DNA of 37,889 nucleotides from Solirubrobacteraceae bacterium (GCA_035603155.1 DATNKY010000260.1:1-37889), one strand, 5' to 3'; shown: positions 11,579-20,997, counted from the first letter of the stretch. The notes: a model not told the origin generated them from the sequence alone. Program-made: numbers and translations.

Positions 11579-13089
11579 GCGTCGCCAAGGATCAGCGCCT
11601 TGCCTCGCCGTCGACCACGCGCGAGCTGCCGACCGCTCCGTACCTCGACGCGATCGTCTCCTACGGCTTCCGTGGCTCGGTCCGCTTCCACGTGCCGGGT
11701 CACAAGGGCGGTCCCGGGGCCGACCCGGGGCTGCGCGAGGCGATCGGCGAGCACGCGCTCGCGCTCGACATCTGCCAGGACATCGAGGGGATCGACCTCG
11801 GTCCGTCGCCGACTCCGTACGAGCGGGCCGAGCAGCTCGCGGCGGCCGCGTATGGCGCCGGCCAGACCTGGTTTCTGACCAACGGCGCCTCGCAGGGCAA
11901 CCATGCGCTGTGCCTCGCGCTCGCCAAGCCGTCGGACCGTGTGCTCGTGCAGCGCAACTCGCACGCCAGCGTCGTCGACGGGCTCGTGCTCAGCGGTGGC
12001 GTCGCGAGCTTCGTCGCGCCCGAGTACGACGAGGAGCTCGGGATGGCGCACGGCGTCACCCCCGAGGCGTTGGGCGAGGCGCTCGAGCGCTCGCCCGAGG
12101 TCCGGTCCGCGTTTGTCGTCTCGCCGACCTACTACGGCATGGCGGCCGACATCCGGGCCTGCGCCGAGGTCGCCCATGCGGCCGGCGTGGCGCTCGTGGT
12201 CGACTGCGCGTGGGGCTCGCACTTCGGCTTTCATCCCGCGCTGCCTGAGTCGCCGCTGAGCCTGGGTGCCGACGCGGTGCTCTCCTCGACGCACAAGATC
12301 GTCGGGAGCCTGACCCAGTCGGCGATGCTCCACGTCGCCGCGGACGGGCTCGTAGACCCCGACGAGGTCGCCCGCTGCGTGCGGCTGATGCGCTCGACGA
12401 GCCCCAACTCGCTGCTGCTGGCCTCACTGGACGGCGCCCGGCGGCAGCTGGCGGTGCACGGGGAGGCGCTGCTCGATCGCACGCTCGCAGCGGCCGCTCG
12501 CGCGCGGATCGAACTCGAGGCCATCCCGGGGTGCTCGGTCGTCGGCGAGGAGATGGTCGGGCGGCCCGGGATCGCGGGTTGGGACCCGCTGCGGATCGTG
12601 ATCGACGTCCGCGAGACGGGCTGCACCGGGTATGAGATCGCCGCCGAGTTGCGCGCTTCCTATGACATCCACATCGAGCTCGCGTCGCATGCGGCGCTCG
12701 TGCTCGTGCTCGGCATGGCCCAGCCGGTCGAGCCGCTCGAACGCTTCACGCATGACTTCGCCGAGACCGTGCGCCGGATCTCGAGGCCGGGCGAGGCGCC
12801 TGCGATCGCGCGGCCGGAGGCGGCGCTGGAGCACGACACGGTGGTCCCGATGCGCGAGGCGTTCCTCGGCGCCGCCGAGGCGGTCGCCGTCGACGACGCG
12901 ATCGGCCGGATCTCGGCCGAGTCGATCGCCGGCTATCCGCCGGGCGTGCCGGCACTGCTGCCCGGAGAGCGCGTGACGGCCGAGGTGGTCTCCTATCTGC
13001 GCGAGCTGACGACCGCCGGGGCACGCTTGCACGGAGCCGCCGACCCGACGTTCAGGACCGTCCGCGTCCTGGTCCACGAGCCTGGCTAG
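11575..13089 (+). CDS. PLP-dependent Orn/Lys/Arg decarboxylase family protein
   Basis: FHVPGHKGG, LTNGASQGN, QRNSHAS, VSPTYYG, STHK (PLP lysine), YPPGVP; GTG start overlaps the prfB stop (GTGA). Confidence 0.9.
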   Translation: MSVAKDQRLASPSTTRELPTAPYLDAIVSYGFRGSVRFHVPGHKGGPGADPGLREAIGEHALALDICQDIEGIDLGPSPTPYERAEQLAAAAYGAGQTWFLTNGASQGNHALCLALAKPSDRVLVQRNSHASVVDGLVLSGGVASFVAPEYDEELGMAHGVTPEALGEALERSPEVRSAFVVSPTYYGMAADIRACAEVAHAAGVALVVDCAWGSHFGFHPALPESPLSLGADAVLSSTHKIVGSLTQSAMLHVAADGLVDPDEVARCVRLMRSTSPNSLLLASLDGARRQLAVHGEALLDRTLAAAARARIELEAIPGCSVVGEEMVGRPGIAGWDPLRIVIDVRETGCTGYEIAAELRASYDIHIELASHAALVLVLGMAQPVEPLERFTHDFAETVRRISRPGEAPAIARPEAALEHDTVVPMREAFLGAAEAVAVDDAIGRISAESIAGYPPGVPALLPGERVTAEVVSYLRELTTAGARLHGAADPTFRTVRVLVHEPG

Positions 13090-13116
13090 GCCGGGTTGGT
13101 CGCGGGTGGGCCGCGG

Positions 13117-13147
13117 CGTCGGCGCCCGTGTCCCACGGGCGCCGACG
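13117..13147. terminator. Perfect 14-bp hairpin between convergent genes
   Basis: CGTCGGCGCCCGTG-tcc-CACGGGCGCCGACG. Confidence 0.7.
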
Positions 13148-13158
13148 GCGACGGACTA

Positions 13159-13713
13159 CTACTTGACGACCTTGATCTCCCCCTGCATCCACGGATGTAC
13201 GGCGCAGAAGAAGTGCAGCACGGTCCCCGGCTTGGCGGACACGAACCAGCTGGCGCTCTTGTGCGGGCCGCCGGGCACGATCACAAGCGAGTCGCCCTCC
13301 TGGTTGAGGCCATTTGGGCCCGCATTGGACTGAAACGCCTTGAATCCGGCGTCCGGATTCTTCGGATTATTGAGCAACTTCGGCGCGATCAACCGGAGCA
13401 CGGGGTTGCTCGGACCGATGTCCGGACTCTTGGGCAGATCCTTCACTTTCGAGATGGCGAGCACGTGCGGGTCGCCCTCGTGGTCGGTGTCCTCGATTGT
13501 CAGCTTCTGACCCGAATGAACCGTGATAACCGACGGCGCCCAGTGAAGGTTGTTGATATCCAGTTTGCTCGGCGGGTCCTTGGGGTTGGGCGCAAACTTG
13601 TCGCCCCCCTTGGTCTTGATCACCGCGGTCTGACCCGCGGCGCCTGCGTTGGACACCGCGATTGCGCCGGCGACCGTGCAGGCCAACGCCAGCAAGACAA
13701 GTACACGTCGCAT
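13159..13713 (-). CDS. Secreted single-domain cupredoxin (plastocyanin/azurin-like)
   Basis: AAAGGGGG RBS then ATG 13713; signal peptide; PHV His plus FFCAVHPWMQG type-1 Cu ligand loop. Confidence 0.85.
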   Translation of the reverse strand: MRRVLVLLALACTVAGAIAVSNAGAAGQTAVIKTKGGDKFAPNPKDPPSKLDINNLHWAPSVITVHSGQKLTIEDTDHEGDPHVLAISKVKDLPKSPDIGPSNPVLRLIAPKLLNNPKNPDAGFKAFQSNAGPNGLNQEGDSLVIVPGGPHKSASWFVSAKPGTVLHFFCAVHPWMQGEIKVVK

Positions 13714-13774
13714 ACGACCCCCTTTGGTGGCAGCCCCCGTTCCCCGTGTGCGCACTAGGGGCCGATTGCGGGCG

Positions 13775-13804
13775 AGCATAACGTCGCGGTGAGGCGGAAT
13801 GCAA
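13775..13804 (-). promoter_or_regulatory. Sigma70-type promoter TTGCAT-N18-TATGCT
   Basis: Hexamers read directly on the minus strand upstream of the small cupredoxin. Confidence 0.55.
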
Positions 13805-13857
13805 GTGCCGCCGCCTGGTTGCTGACGGACGCACCCGACCCCGCCGGCGCACGCCGA

Positions 13858-13884
13858 CGACGCCCGCTCGAGACACGGGCGTCG
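13858..13884 (-). terminator. Hairpin downstream of the two-domain cupredoxin
   Basis: CGACGCCCG-N9-CGGGCGTCG. Confidence 0.5.
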
Positions 13885-13911
13885 CCGGTCGCTGCTCAAA
13901 CCTGCCGCCGC

Positions 13912-14985
13912 CTATTGGACGACGATCGTCCCCTGCATGAAGGGGTGGATCAGGCACTGGAAGTGGTACGTGCCCGCAGTCGTGAAGTCGATCTTGTTCG
14001 ACGTGGGGATCTGAGGCGTAGCCGGATCCTCGTCGAGCGCGCCGGTGTTGCCGAACCCGTCCCCATGCGAGGTCGGGCTGACCACAATCGACGCCGGATC
14101 ACTCGGATACAGGCCCTGCGACGGGAAGTTCGCGCCCGCGAAGCCGTCGGACAGCGTCTTGAGCACGCTCGTCGGGCCGAACGTCGCCGTATGCACCTCG
14201 CGAGTGTCCTTCGACATCGTGAACGTGACGGTCGTGTTCGGCTTGACCTTCAACGTCTGCGGGAACATCGTGAAGAGCTCGACACCGTCGTCGGCCGACT
14301 CGCCGAGGCTGACCGTGTTCGAGGCCGGCCGTGACTTCGCGAGCTTCTTGACCACCTTGACGTCGCCTGTGATCTGGCGGACGAGCGCCTTCTGACTCTG
14401 CTTCGCGGAGGGGATCTTCTTGCCCTTGGGCTTCACGATCACCGTGCCGACCATCCCCGGATGCACGTCACAGAAGTACCTGTAGGCCCCGGGCTTGTTG
14501 AACTTGACGTTCAGCGGCTTCGCGGGACCGACGGGTACCCCCGTGTCGATCCGCGTGGTGCCGTCGTAGGTGGCCGGGCCCTGGCGGGCCAGCAGCGCCG
14601 GGTTGACTCCGAGGCTCGGAAGGCCGTTGAACCAGAACGGGCTGCCGGCTGCGTCGTTGATCCCGGTCGTCGTCCCGTTCGGCAGGATCAAAGGCAGGGC
14701 GCTCCTGGCGCTCCCGGGCAGATCGACCGTGTGGAACCCCTGGATCCGGAACGACACCGTGTCGCCCGTGTGGATCGTGAGCCGCTGGTTGAAGAAGCTG
14801 TTGATGTCGGGGTTGTACTTCCCGCCGAACGACTTGAGGTTGGGAATCAGCTTGGACGCGATCTTCTGCGTCAGCTTGCTCGGAGTCCCCGCGTAGACGG
14901 TCCTCGTCGCCGCCGTCGCGGTAGCCGAAAACAGCAGTGCCACTCCACAGGTCGACCCAACGACCCACGCCCCGGTCCGTTTCAT
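13912..14985 (-). CDS. Secreted two-domain cupredoxin
   Basis: AAAAGGGGAG RBS, ATG 14985; signal peptide; two sets of His + C-x2-H-x2-M ligands (FHTV...YFCDVHPGM; VHTA...FQCLIHPFM). Confidence 0.85.
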   Translation of the reverse strand: MKRTGAWVVGSTCGVALLFSATATAATRTVYAGTPSKLTQKIASKLIPNLKSFGGKYNPDINSFFNQRLTIHTGDTVSFRIQGFHTVDLPGSARSALPLILPNGTTTGINDAAGSPFWFNGLPSLGVNPALLARQGPATYDGTTRIDTGVPVGPAKPLNVKFNKPGAYRYFCDVHPGMVGTVIVKPKGKKIPSAKQSQKALVRQITGDVKVVKKLAKSRPASNTVSLGESADDGVELFTMFPQTLKVKPNTTVTFTMSKDTREVHTATFGPTSVLKTLSDGFAGANFPSQGLYPSDPASIVVSPTSHGDGFGNTGALDEDPATPQIPTSNKIDFTTAGTYHFQCLIHPFMQGTIVVQ

Positions 14986-15076
14986 CCTTGCTCCCCTTTT
15001 CCGACGGTAGGTAAGGAGCATACCGGATGCGAAGGGAATGTGAAACTTGAGCTTGCCCGTTCCTATGCTTTCCCTT

Positions 15077-15916
15077 ATGGCCACGTCCGCGCCAACGCTT
15101 TCTGACACCGTCGTCTCCGCGCTCGCCGAGGATCTCGGCAGCGGTGACGTCACGACCGCCGCCACGGTCCCCGACGAGGCCCGCGCGCACGCGTTGATCA
15201 CGCAGAAGGCGCCGGGTGTCGTCTTCGGGCTCGATGCCGCCGAGGAGACGTTCAGGGCACTGGACCCGGCGGTCTCGATAACGCGCCTGGTCGACGAGGG
15301 CCAGTGGCGTGAGCGTGGGCCTGTGGTCGAGCTCGATGGCCGGGCGGCGGCGCTGCTCAGCGCCGAGCGAACGGCGCTCAACTTCCTGCAGCGGCTGTCG
15401 GGGGTCGCGACGATGGCCGCGCGCTGCGTGGCCGAGATCGAGGGGACCGGAGCGCAGATTCTCGACACGCGCAAGACGACGCCCGGCCTGCGCGCGCTCG
15501 AGAAGCAGGCCGTCGCCGCGGGCGGCGCGACCAACCACCGGGCCGGCCTCTACGACGCGATCCTGATCAAGGAGAACCACGCGACGATCGCCGGTGGGGT
15601 CGGGAAGGCCGTCAGGCTCGCTCGCGAGCACGCGCCGGGGCTCCCGCTCGAGGTCGAGTGCCGCTCGCTCGAAGAGGTTGACCAGGCGCTGGACGCGGGG
15701 GCGACGATGATCCTGCTCGACAACATGGACGTCGATCAGCTGCGCGAGGCAGTAGCGCGCGTGGCCGGCCGCGCGAAGCTCGAGGCCAGCGGGGGGGTGA
15801 CGCTGGCGACGCTCAGAGCAGTCGCATCGACCGGCGTAGACTTCGTTTCGATCGGTGCGCTAACGCACAGCGCGCCGGCGCTAGATCTGTCCCTGATTCT
15901 CACCCCGCTGCCATGA
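15077..15916 (+). CDS. nadC: Nicotinate-nucleotide diphosphorylase (quinolinate phosphoribosyltransferase)
   Basis: EDLGSGDVTT, DTRKTTPGLR, NHRAGLYDAILIKENH, LLDN, EASGG; probable leaderless ATG 7 nt after TATGCT. Confidence 0.97.
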   Translation: MATSAPTLSDTVVSALAEDLGSGDVTTAATVPDEARAHALITQKAPGVVFGLDAAEETFRALDPAVSITRLVDEGQWRERGPVVELDGRAAALLSAERTALNFLQRLSGVATMAARCVAEIEGTGAQILDTRKTTPGLRALEKQAVAAGGATNHRAGLYDAILIKENHATIAGGVGKAVRLAREHAPGLPLEVECRSLEEVDQALDAGATMILLDNMDVDQLREAVARVAGRAKLEASGGVTLATLRAVASTGVDFVSIGALTHSAPALDLSLILTPLP

Positions 15917-16926
15917 ACCTTCCGATGCTGGGCGCGTCCGGCGCGCCGCTGTTGCTCGAGAACATCCCCGCTCTCCAGGAGCAGGTGCGGGCGCTGGCCG
16001 CAGAACAAGGCGCGGTAATACTCGCGCACAACTACCAGCTGCCCGAGATCCAGGACGTGGCGGACTACGTCGGCGACTCGCTGGGGCTCTCCCAGCGTGC
16101 GGCCGCCACCGACGCCGAGACGATCGTCTTCTGCGGCGTCCACTTCATGGCCGAGACCGCCTCGGTCCTCTGCCCCGAGAAGCGGGTCCTGATCCCCGAT
16201 CTGGACGCCGGCTGCTCGCTGGCCGATTCGATCACGGCTCCGCAGTTGCGCGACTGGAAGGCGGCCCACCCCGGCGCGATCGTCGTCATGTACGTCAACA
16301 CGACCGCCGAGGTCAAGGCCGAGACCGACTACTGCTGCACGTCGGCGAACGCTGTCGCGGTCGTCGAACACATCTTCCGCGAGCACGGCGACGACGTCGA
16401 GATCCTGTTCGGCCCCGACATGTTCCTCGGCGCCTACGTCGAGAAGACGCTCGGGCGCTCGATTCACGTGTGGGACGGCGAATGCCACGTCCATGCGGGA
16501 ATCAAGCCCGATGACATCACGGCCGTGCGAGCCTCGCACCCCGGGGCCGATTTCCTGATCCATCCCGAGTGCGGCTGCTCGACCAGCGTGATGGAGTACG
16601 TGGCTGCCGGTGACGTGGAGGCCGACGGCGTTCGGATGCTCTCGACGAGCGGAATGGTCTCCTACGCGCGCGAGCGCGGCTCGGCCGATGCGCACGGGAC
16701 CGCGATCGTCGCGACCGAGACAGGCATGCTGCACGGACTGCGCCAGCTCGCGCCGTCGGTCGAGTTCGTCGCCGCCAATGAGGCCGCGCACTGCCGGTTC
16801 ATGAAGATGATCACGCTCCCGAAGCTGCGCGACTCGCTCGCCGGCGGGGTTCACGAGGTCAAGGTGCCGGCGCAGATCGCCGAACGTGCGCGGGTGCCGA
16901 TCGAGCGGATGGTCTCGATCAGCTGA
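15913..16926 (+). CDS. nadA: Quinolinate synthase NadA
   Basis: ILAHNYQ, GDSLGL, FCGVHFMAE, AGCSLA, YVNT, GECHVH, HPEC, third Fe-S Cys in HCRFMK; ATGA overlap with nadC. Confidence 0.97.
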   Translation: MNLPMLGASGAPLLLENIPALQEQVRALAAEQGAVILAHNYQLPEIQDVADYVGDSLGLSQRAAATDAETIVFCGVHFMAETASVLCPEKRVLIPDLDAGCSLADSITAPQLRDWKAAHPGAIVVMYVNTTAEVKAETDYCCTSANAVAVVEHIFREHGDDVEILFGPDMFLGAYVEKTLGRSIHVWDGECHVHAGIKPDDITAVRASHPGADFLIHPECGCSTSVMEYVAAGDVEADGVRMLSTSGMVSYARERGSADAHGTAIVATETGMLHGLRQLAPSVEFVAANEAAHCRFMKMITLPKLRDSLAGGVHEVKVPAQIAERARVPIERMVSIS

Positions 16927-17287
16927 GGACCTGGTCCTCGTAGAGCAGCATCCCGCGATCGGCGACCGCGCGGACGGCCGGCATCGTGGTGCGCTTGCGC
17001 TCGAACTCCTCCGGCGTGTAGCAGTGGACGTCGGCCGCGGCGCCCATCTCGAGCGCGTCCCAGAGCGAGGTCGCCTGGTAGACGCGGTCGAGCCACGGCA
17101 TCCCGCCGAATGCGTGCGAGACGAGGACCAGGACGTATTCGGGGCCGCGCTCGCGCTGGGGCATCGCCCCGCGGGCGTCGTCGACGCGCGCTCCGCCGAG
17201 CAGCGCCGCCTCCAGTGGCCAGCGACCGCTGGTCCGGCTCAGGTAGCGTTGCAGCTCGCGCAGGTTGAGATCGGAGGTGGCCTGCAC
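16919..17287 (-). CDS. Minimal nucleotidyltransferase (MNT)-fold protein with degenerate active site
   Basis: GTG 17287, 6 nt after CACAAT; C-terminal DVHCYTPEEFERKR...AVADRG pattern typical of MNTs; GS and DxD motifs altered. Confidence 0.65.
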   Translation of the reverse strand: MQATSDLNLRELQRYLSRTSGRWPLEAALLGGARVDDARGAMPQRERGPEYVLVLVSHAFGGMPWLDRVYQATSLWDALEMGAAADVHCYTPEEFERKRTTMPAVRAVADRGMLLYEDQVLS

Positions 17288-17351
17288 GTCTCGATTGTGG
17301 CCGCTGGAGGCGACCCGCGTCAATCGCGGGTTGTTAAGAGCCCGTAGGCGG

Positions 17352-18767
17352 TCAATAACGCGCGATCGCGCCGACCATGTCACTCTCGAGCGTCAGCGCG
17401 GTCCAGTTCGGAGGCCCGTCGACGAACAGCCCGAACGCGAGCGTGTGACCATCCTTGGCGTGGCAGTATCCGGCCAGGTTGGTGACGTCGTCGAGCGTGC
17501 CCGTCTTGGCGATGCAGCGGCCGACGGCAGCCGTCTTGAGCCCGATCGTCTGGACCGTGCCCTGCTTGCCGACGATCGGCAGCGACGCCGACAGCTCGTT
17601 GCCGATCGGGGTGTGCCACAGCTCGCGCAGCAGATCGACGATTTCGAGAGGAGACGTGCGATCGTCGCGCGACAGCCCGGATCCGTCGAGGATCGTGGGG
17701 TGAACGCCGTAGGACGAGGCGATCGTCCCCTGGATCACCCGGGCGCCGGACGAGATCGTCCCGCCGGTCCCGAACAGGACGCCGAGCTGCTTGGTGAACA
17801 TCTCGGCGAACAGGTCGTCGGAGGGCACGTCCATCAGCCTCGTCATGACCGACAGTGGCGGCGAATTGACCTCCGCCAGCAGCTTCGCGTCCTGAGGGGT
17901 GGTGGCCGTATGCTTCGAGGCGCGCGCGGTGATGCCCGCGCCGCGCATCGTGATCGTGAACTCGCGGGTGGCGAATTGGGCCGGCCCGAGGTGCTTGAGC
18001 GCCGAGCCGTGATCGTAGGTGAGCGCGCTCAGCCAGCCGCCGAAGTCGGGCGTATCGGGCGCGTAGTTGGTGATCAGCCCGCCACGCCTGTCGTCGAACA
18101 GCGACTCGTCGCCGTACACCCAGCCGGTGACGCGCCTGATCCTCATCCGCCTCAGCTGAGCGACGAGCTCGCTCGCGGTCGACCCGGCCCCGCCGTACCA
18201 GGTGCGGTCAAAGCCGGCGTCGCCGAACGTCGGGTCGCCGCCGCCGTGCAGGTAGAGGTTCCCGTGCCAGACGCCGTGGCGCAGGTCCCCGGACCCCAGG
18301 ACCGCAGTGTGCAGACGCGCGCTGGGACCGAGGATCCGCATCAAGGAGACGGTGGTGAAGATCTTCTCCACCGACGCGGGCGGCCGTCTGACCGTCGGAC
18401 GGTCCGCGTACAGCGGCGCCTTCGAGTCCATGTCGTACACCAGCGCTCCACTCGCCGGGCCCGCAGCCTTCATCCAGCGGTCCATCGCCGCGTCGAGGCT
18501 CCGCTCGTCGGTGGTCGTGCTCTTCGGGACGTGGGTGAGCGCGATCTGCACCGCAGACGGGCCGGTGCGCGGGCGCGGCGTCAGAGGCGCCGGGTGTGTG
18601 GGGACCGGCAGCCCGGCGTCGACCTGCGCATCGTTGTCGCTCGTGTGCGTGAACGACCCAAACCCGGCGAGCGTGATCGCAGCGACCCCGAGCGCGCAGA
18701 CGAGGCCGACGGCGAGCCAATGTCTCAGGCGCTCTCCAGCTCCTCGACGGTGTGCGGACCGACGCAT
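17352..18767 (-). CDS. dacB: D-alanyl-D-alanine carboxypeptidase/endopeptidase (PBP4, peptidase S13); start uncertain (18767 ATG or 18728 CTG)
   Basis: PASVEK (SxxK), GGGDPT, DGSGLS, KTGTL; N-terminal hydrophobic anchor. Confidence 0.88.
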   Translation of the reverse strand: MRRSAHRRGAGERLRHWLAVGLVCALGVAAITLAGFGSFTHTSDNDAQVDAGLPVPTHPAPLTPRPRTGPSAVQIALTHVPKSTTTDERSLDAAMDRWMKAAGPASGALVYDMDSKAPLYADRPTVRRPPASVEKIFTTVSLMRILGPSARLHTAVLGSGDLRHGVWHGNLYLHGGGDPTFGDAGFDRTWYGGAGSTASELVAQLRRMRIRRVTGWVYGDESLFDDRRGGLITNYAPDTPDFGGWLSALTYDHGSALKHLGPAQFATREFTITMRGAGITARASKHTATTPQDAKLLAEVNSPPLSVMTRLMDVPSDDLFAEMFTKQLGVLFGTGGTISSGARVIQGTIASSYGVHPTILDGSGLSRDDRTSPLEIVDLLRELWHTPIGNELSASLPIVGKQGTVQTIGLKTAAVGRCIAKTGTLDDVTNLAGYCHAKDGHTLAFGLFVDGPPNWTALTLESDMVGAIARY

Positions 18768-19984
18768 GCGACTGCGAGCTCGTCGGGTATCCCGGCCGCG
18801 ACCTCCCTGACCTCGTCGAACGTGACCCGGTCAAGGAGCTCGATCGTCCCGTCGGGGTCGACGTCCTCGCCGTAGACGATCGTCTGCTGGGCCGCGTAAC
18901 GGGCGACCGCGCCACTGTTCTCGAACGCGATCGCGCGCGCCCCGGCGGCGAACGCGCGAGCGCGCTCGACCTCGCCCTCGTTGGGGCCCTGCTCGCGCAG
19001 CTCGGTGACGATGTCCCGCATCCGCCGGTAGGCCTCGACCGTTTTCGCGGACTCGAGTCCGGCCGACAGCTGCAGCACGCCGACGTCCGAATAGGCATGG
19101 GGGAAGGCACTGACGGAATACGCGAGCCCGCGCTGCTCGCGGATCTCGTCGAACAGGCGTGATCCCATCGAGCCCCCGAGCAGGGTCGAGTAGATCGCCA
19201 GCGCGGCCCGCGCGCGCGGATCGCTGACGTCGATCGACGGCCGATAGGAGAACCGCAGATGTGACTGGTTGGAGTCGCGCTCGCGGACCAGGACGCGTGG
19301 CACGAGCGCCGGGGCGGGGTCATATGACTCGGGATCGGGGCGCGGCTCGAAGCGTCCGAACAGCTCGTCGAGCTCGCCGTCCTCGCCGACGGCCTCGAGA
19401 TTGCCGACCGCGAACGCGGCCCCTCGCGCCGGTGACCAGCGCCGTGAGCGAAAGGCGACGATCCCGTCACGCGTGAACGTGTCGCGGATGTGCTCGGCCG
19501 GCCCGAGCACGGGGCGCCCAAGCGGGTGATCGCCGAACACGGCCTCGTCGATCAGGTGTTCGGCCATCACCGACGGCTGGTCATCGGATCGCGCGATCTC
19601 CTGAACGACGACTCCGCGCTCGCGATTCATCTCATCGCCGTCGATCCGGGCCCGGGCGACGAAGTCCGTCAACAGATCGGCGGCCTCCAGCGCCCGCTGC
19701 GAACGCGCGGTGATGTGAAACGCGACCAGATCGTGGCTCGTGTAGGCGTTCAGCACCGCGCCGATCCCCTCCGCGGCCTCGTTGACGTCACGGTAGGTCG
19801 GGTACTTCTCGCCACCTTTGAACACGAGGTGCTCGAGGAAATGCGCCATGCCGTTCTCATCGGCGCGCTCGGTGCGGGCACCGGCGTCGAACGCGACCAG
19901 GATCGTCAGCGCGCGCGTGCCATCGACCGCGATCCGGTACAGCGGTAAGCCGTTGGAGAGGTGGGAAAGGGCGATCGACGGCAT
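18725..19984 (-). CDS. M16 (pitrilysin/insulinase) family zinc peptidase
   Basis: GMAHFLEHLVFKG (HxxEH), NAYTS, LGGSMGSRLFDEIREQRGLAY; ATG 19984. Confidence 0.93.
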   Translation of the reverse strand: MPSIALSHLSNGLPLYRIAVDGTRALTILVAFDAGARTERADENGMAHFLEHLVFKGGEKYPTYRDVNEAAEGIGAVLNAYTSHDLVAFHITARSQRALEAADLLTDFVARARIDGDEMNRERGVVVQEIARSDDQPSVMAEHLIDEAVFGDHPLGRPVLGPAEHIRDTFTRDGIVAFRSRRWSPARGAAFAVGNLEAVGEDGELDELFGRFEPRPDPESYDPAPALVPRVLVRERDSNQSHLRFSYRPSIDVSDPRARAALAIYSTLLGGSMGSRLFDEIREQRGLAYSVSAFPHAYSDVGVLQLSAGLESAKTVEAYRRMRDIVTELREQGPNEGEVERARAFAAGARAIAFENSGAVARYAAQQTIVYGEDVDPDGTIELLDRVTFDEVREVAAGIPDELAVACVGPHTVEELESA

Positions 19985-20148
19985 CTGTGCCAGACAACGG
20001 TAGCGGGCGGACAGGCAGCCAGTGCCGTTGTGGGCGGACCGGGGGGCGGGAACACGACGTCGGGTCCGGAATTCCTGCAAATCCCGTTGCAAGGGCCTCT
20101 GAGAGACCCACTCGGGAGCGACCTGCCGCTAGATTGGCGCGCACTCAA

Positions 20149-20994
20149 ATGGCTACTTCATCCAAAACCCTCACCGGCAAGAGGCGCCGTGGCGCCGACG
20201 CCCCGATCGCGCATCCCGGCGAGCCATCCCCCGAGCGGGTCACTCGCCGCCGCGTGGTCGAATTTCGTGACGTCTCGAAGTTGTACGCGGGCGACGTCGG
20301 ACTCGACCACGCGACCTTCTCGGCGGATCGCGGCGAGTTCGTGTTCCTGGTCGGCGCGACCGGGTCGGGCAAGTCGACCCTGATGCGGCTGCTGATCAAG
20401 GAGCTCGAGCCGACGGGCGGCCGGATCCGCGTCGCGGGCCATGACCTGGCCGAGATCACGCGCAGGCGGGTCCCGTACTACCGCCGCAATGTCGGGGTCG
20501 TGTTCCAGGACTTCAAGTTGCTGGCGAACCGCAACGTGTACGCGAACGTCGCCTACGCGCTGCAGGTCACGGGCGGCTCGCGCCGCGAGATCCGCGCCAA
20601 GGTGCCGGACATCCTCAGGCTGACCGGGCTCTCGACGAAGCTGCACAACTTCCCCGACCAGCTCTCGGGCGGAGAGCAGCAGCGGGTCTCGATCGCGCGC
20701 GCATTCGTCAACCACCCGCCGCTGCTGCTGGCCGACGAGCCGACGGGCAACCTCGATCCCGAGACCAGCATCGACATCATGCGGCTGCTGTACCGGATCA
20801 ACCGGACCGGCACGACCGTGCTGGTGGCGACCCACGACCAGGCGATGGTCGACAAGATGCGCCGCCGCGTGCTCGAGCTCGACCACGGGCGAATCGTCCG
20901 CGACGAGGCCGGTGGCTCCTACACGCGGGACGAGAGCACGCGGGAGTTCGCGCACCGAATGCGCGGTCCCTCGACGCGGCCCCCGGGCCTGTAG
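20149..20994 (+). CDS. ftsE: Cell division ABC ATPase FtsE
   Basis: GATGSGKST, VFQDFKLL, LSGGEQQRV, ADEPTGNLD; directly upstream of ftsX. Confidence 0.95.
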   Translation: MATSSKTLTGKRRRGADAPIAHPGEPSPERVTRRRVVEFRDVSKLYAGDVGLDHATFSADRGEFVFLVGATGSGKSTLMRLLIKELEPTGGRIRVAGHDLAEITRRRVPYYRRNVGVVFQDFKLLANRNVYANVAYALQVTGGSRREIRAKVPDILRLTGLSTKLHNFPDQLSGGEQQRVSIARAFVNHPPLLLADEPTGNLDPETSIDIMRLLYRINRTGTTVLVATHDQAMVDKMRRRVLELDHGRIVRDEAGGSYTRDESTREFAHRMRGPSTRPPGL

Positions 20995-20997
20995 GCG

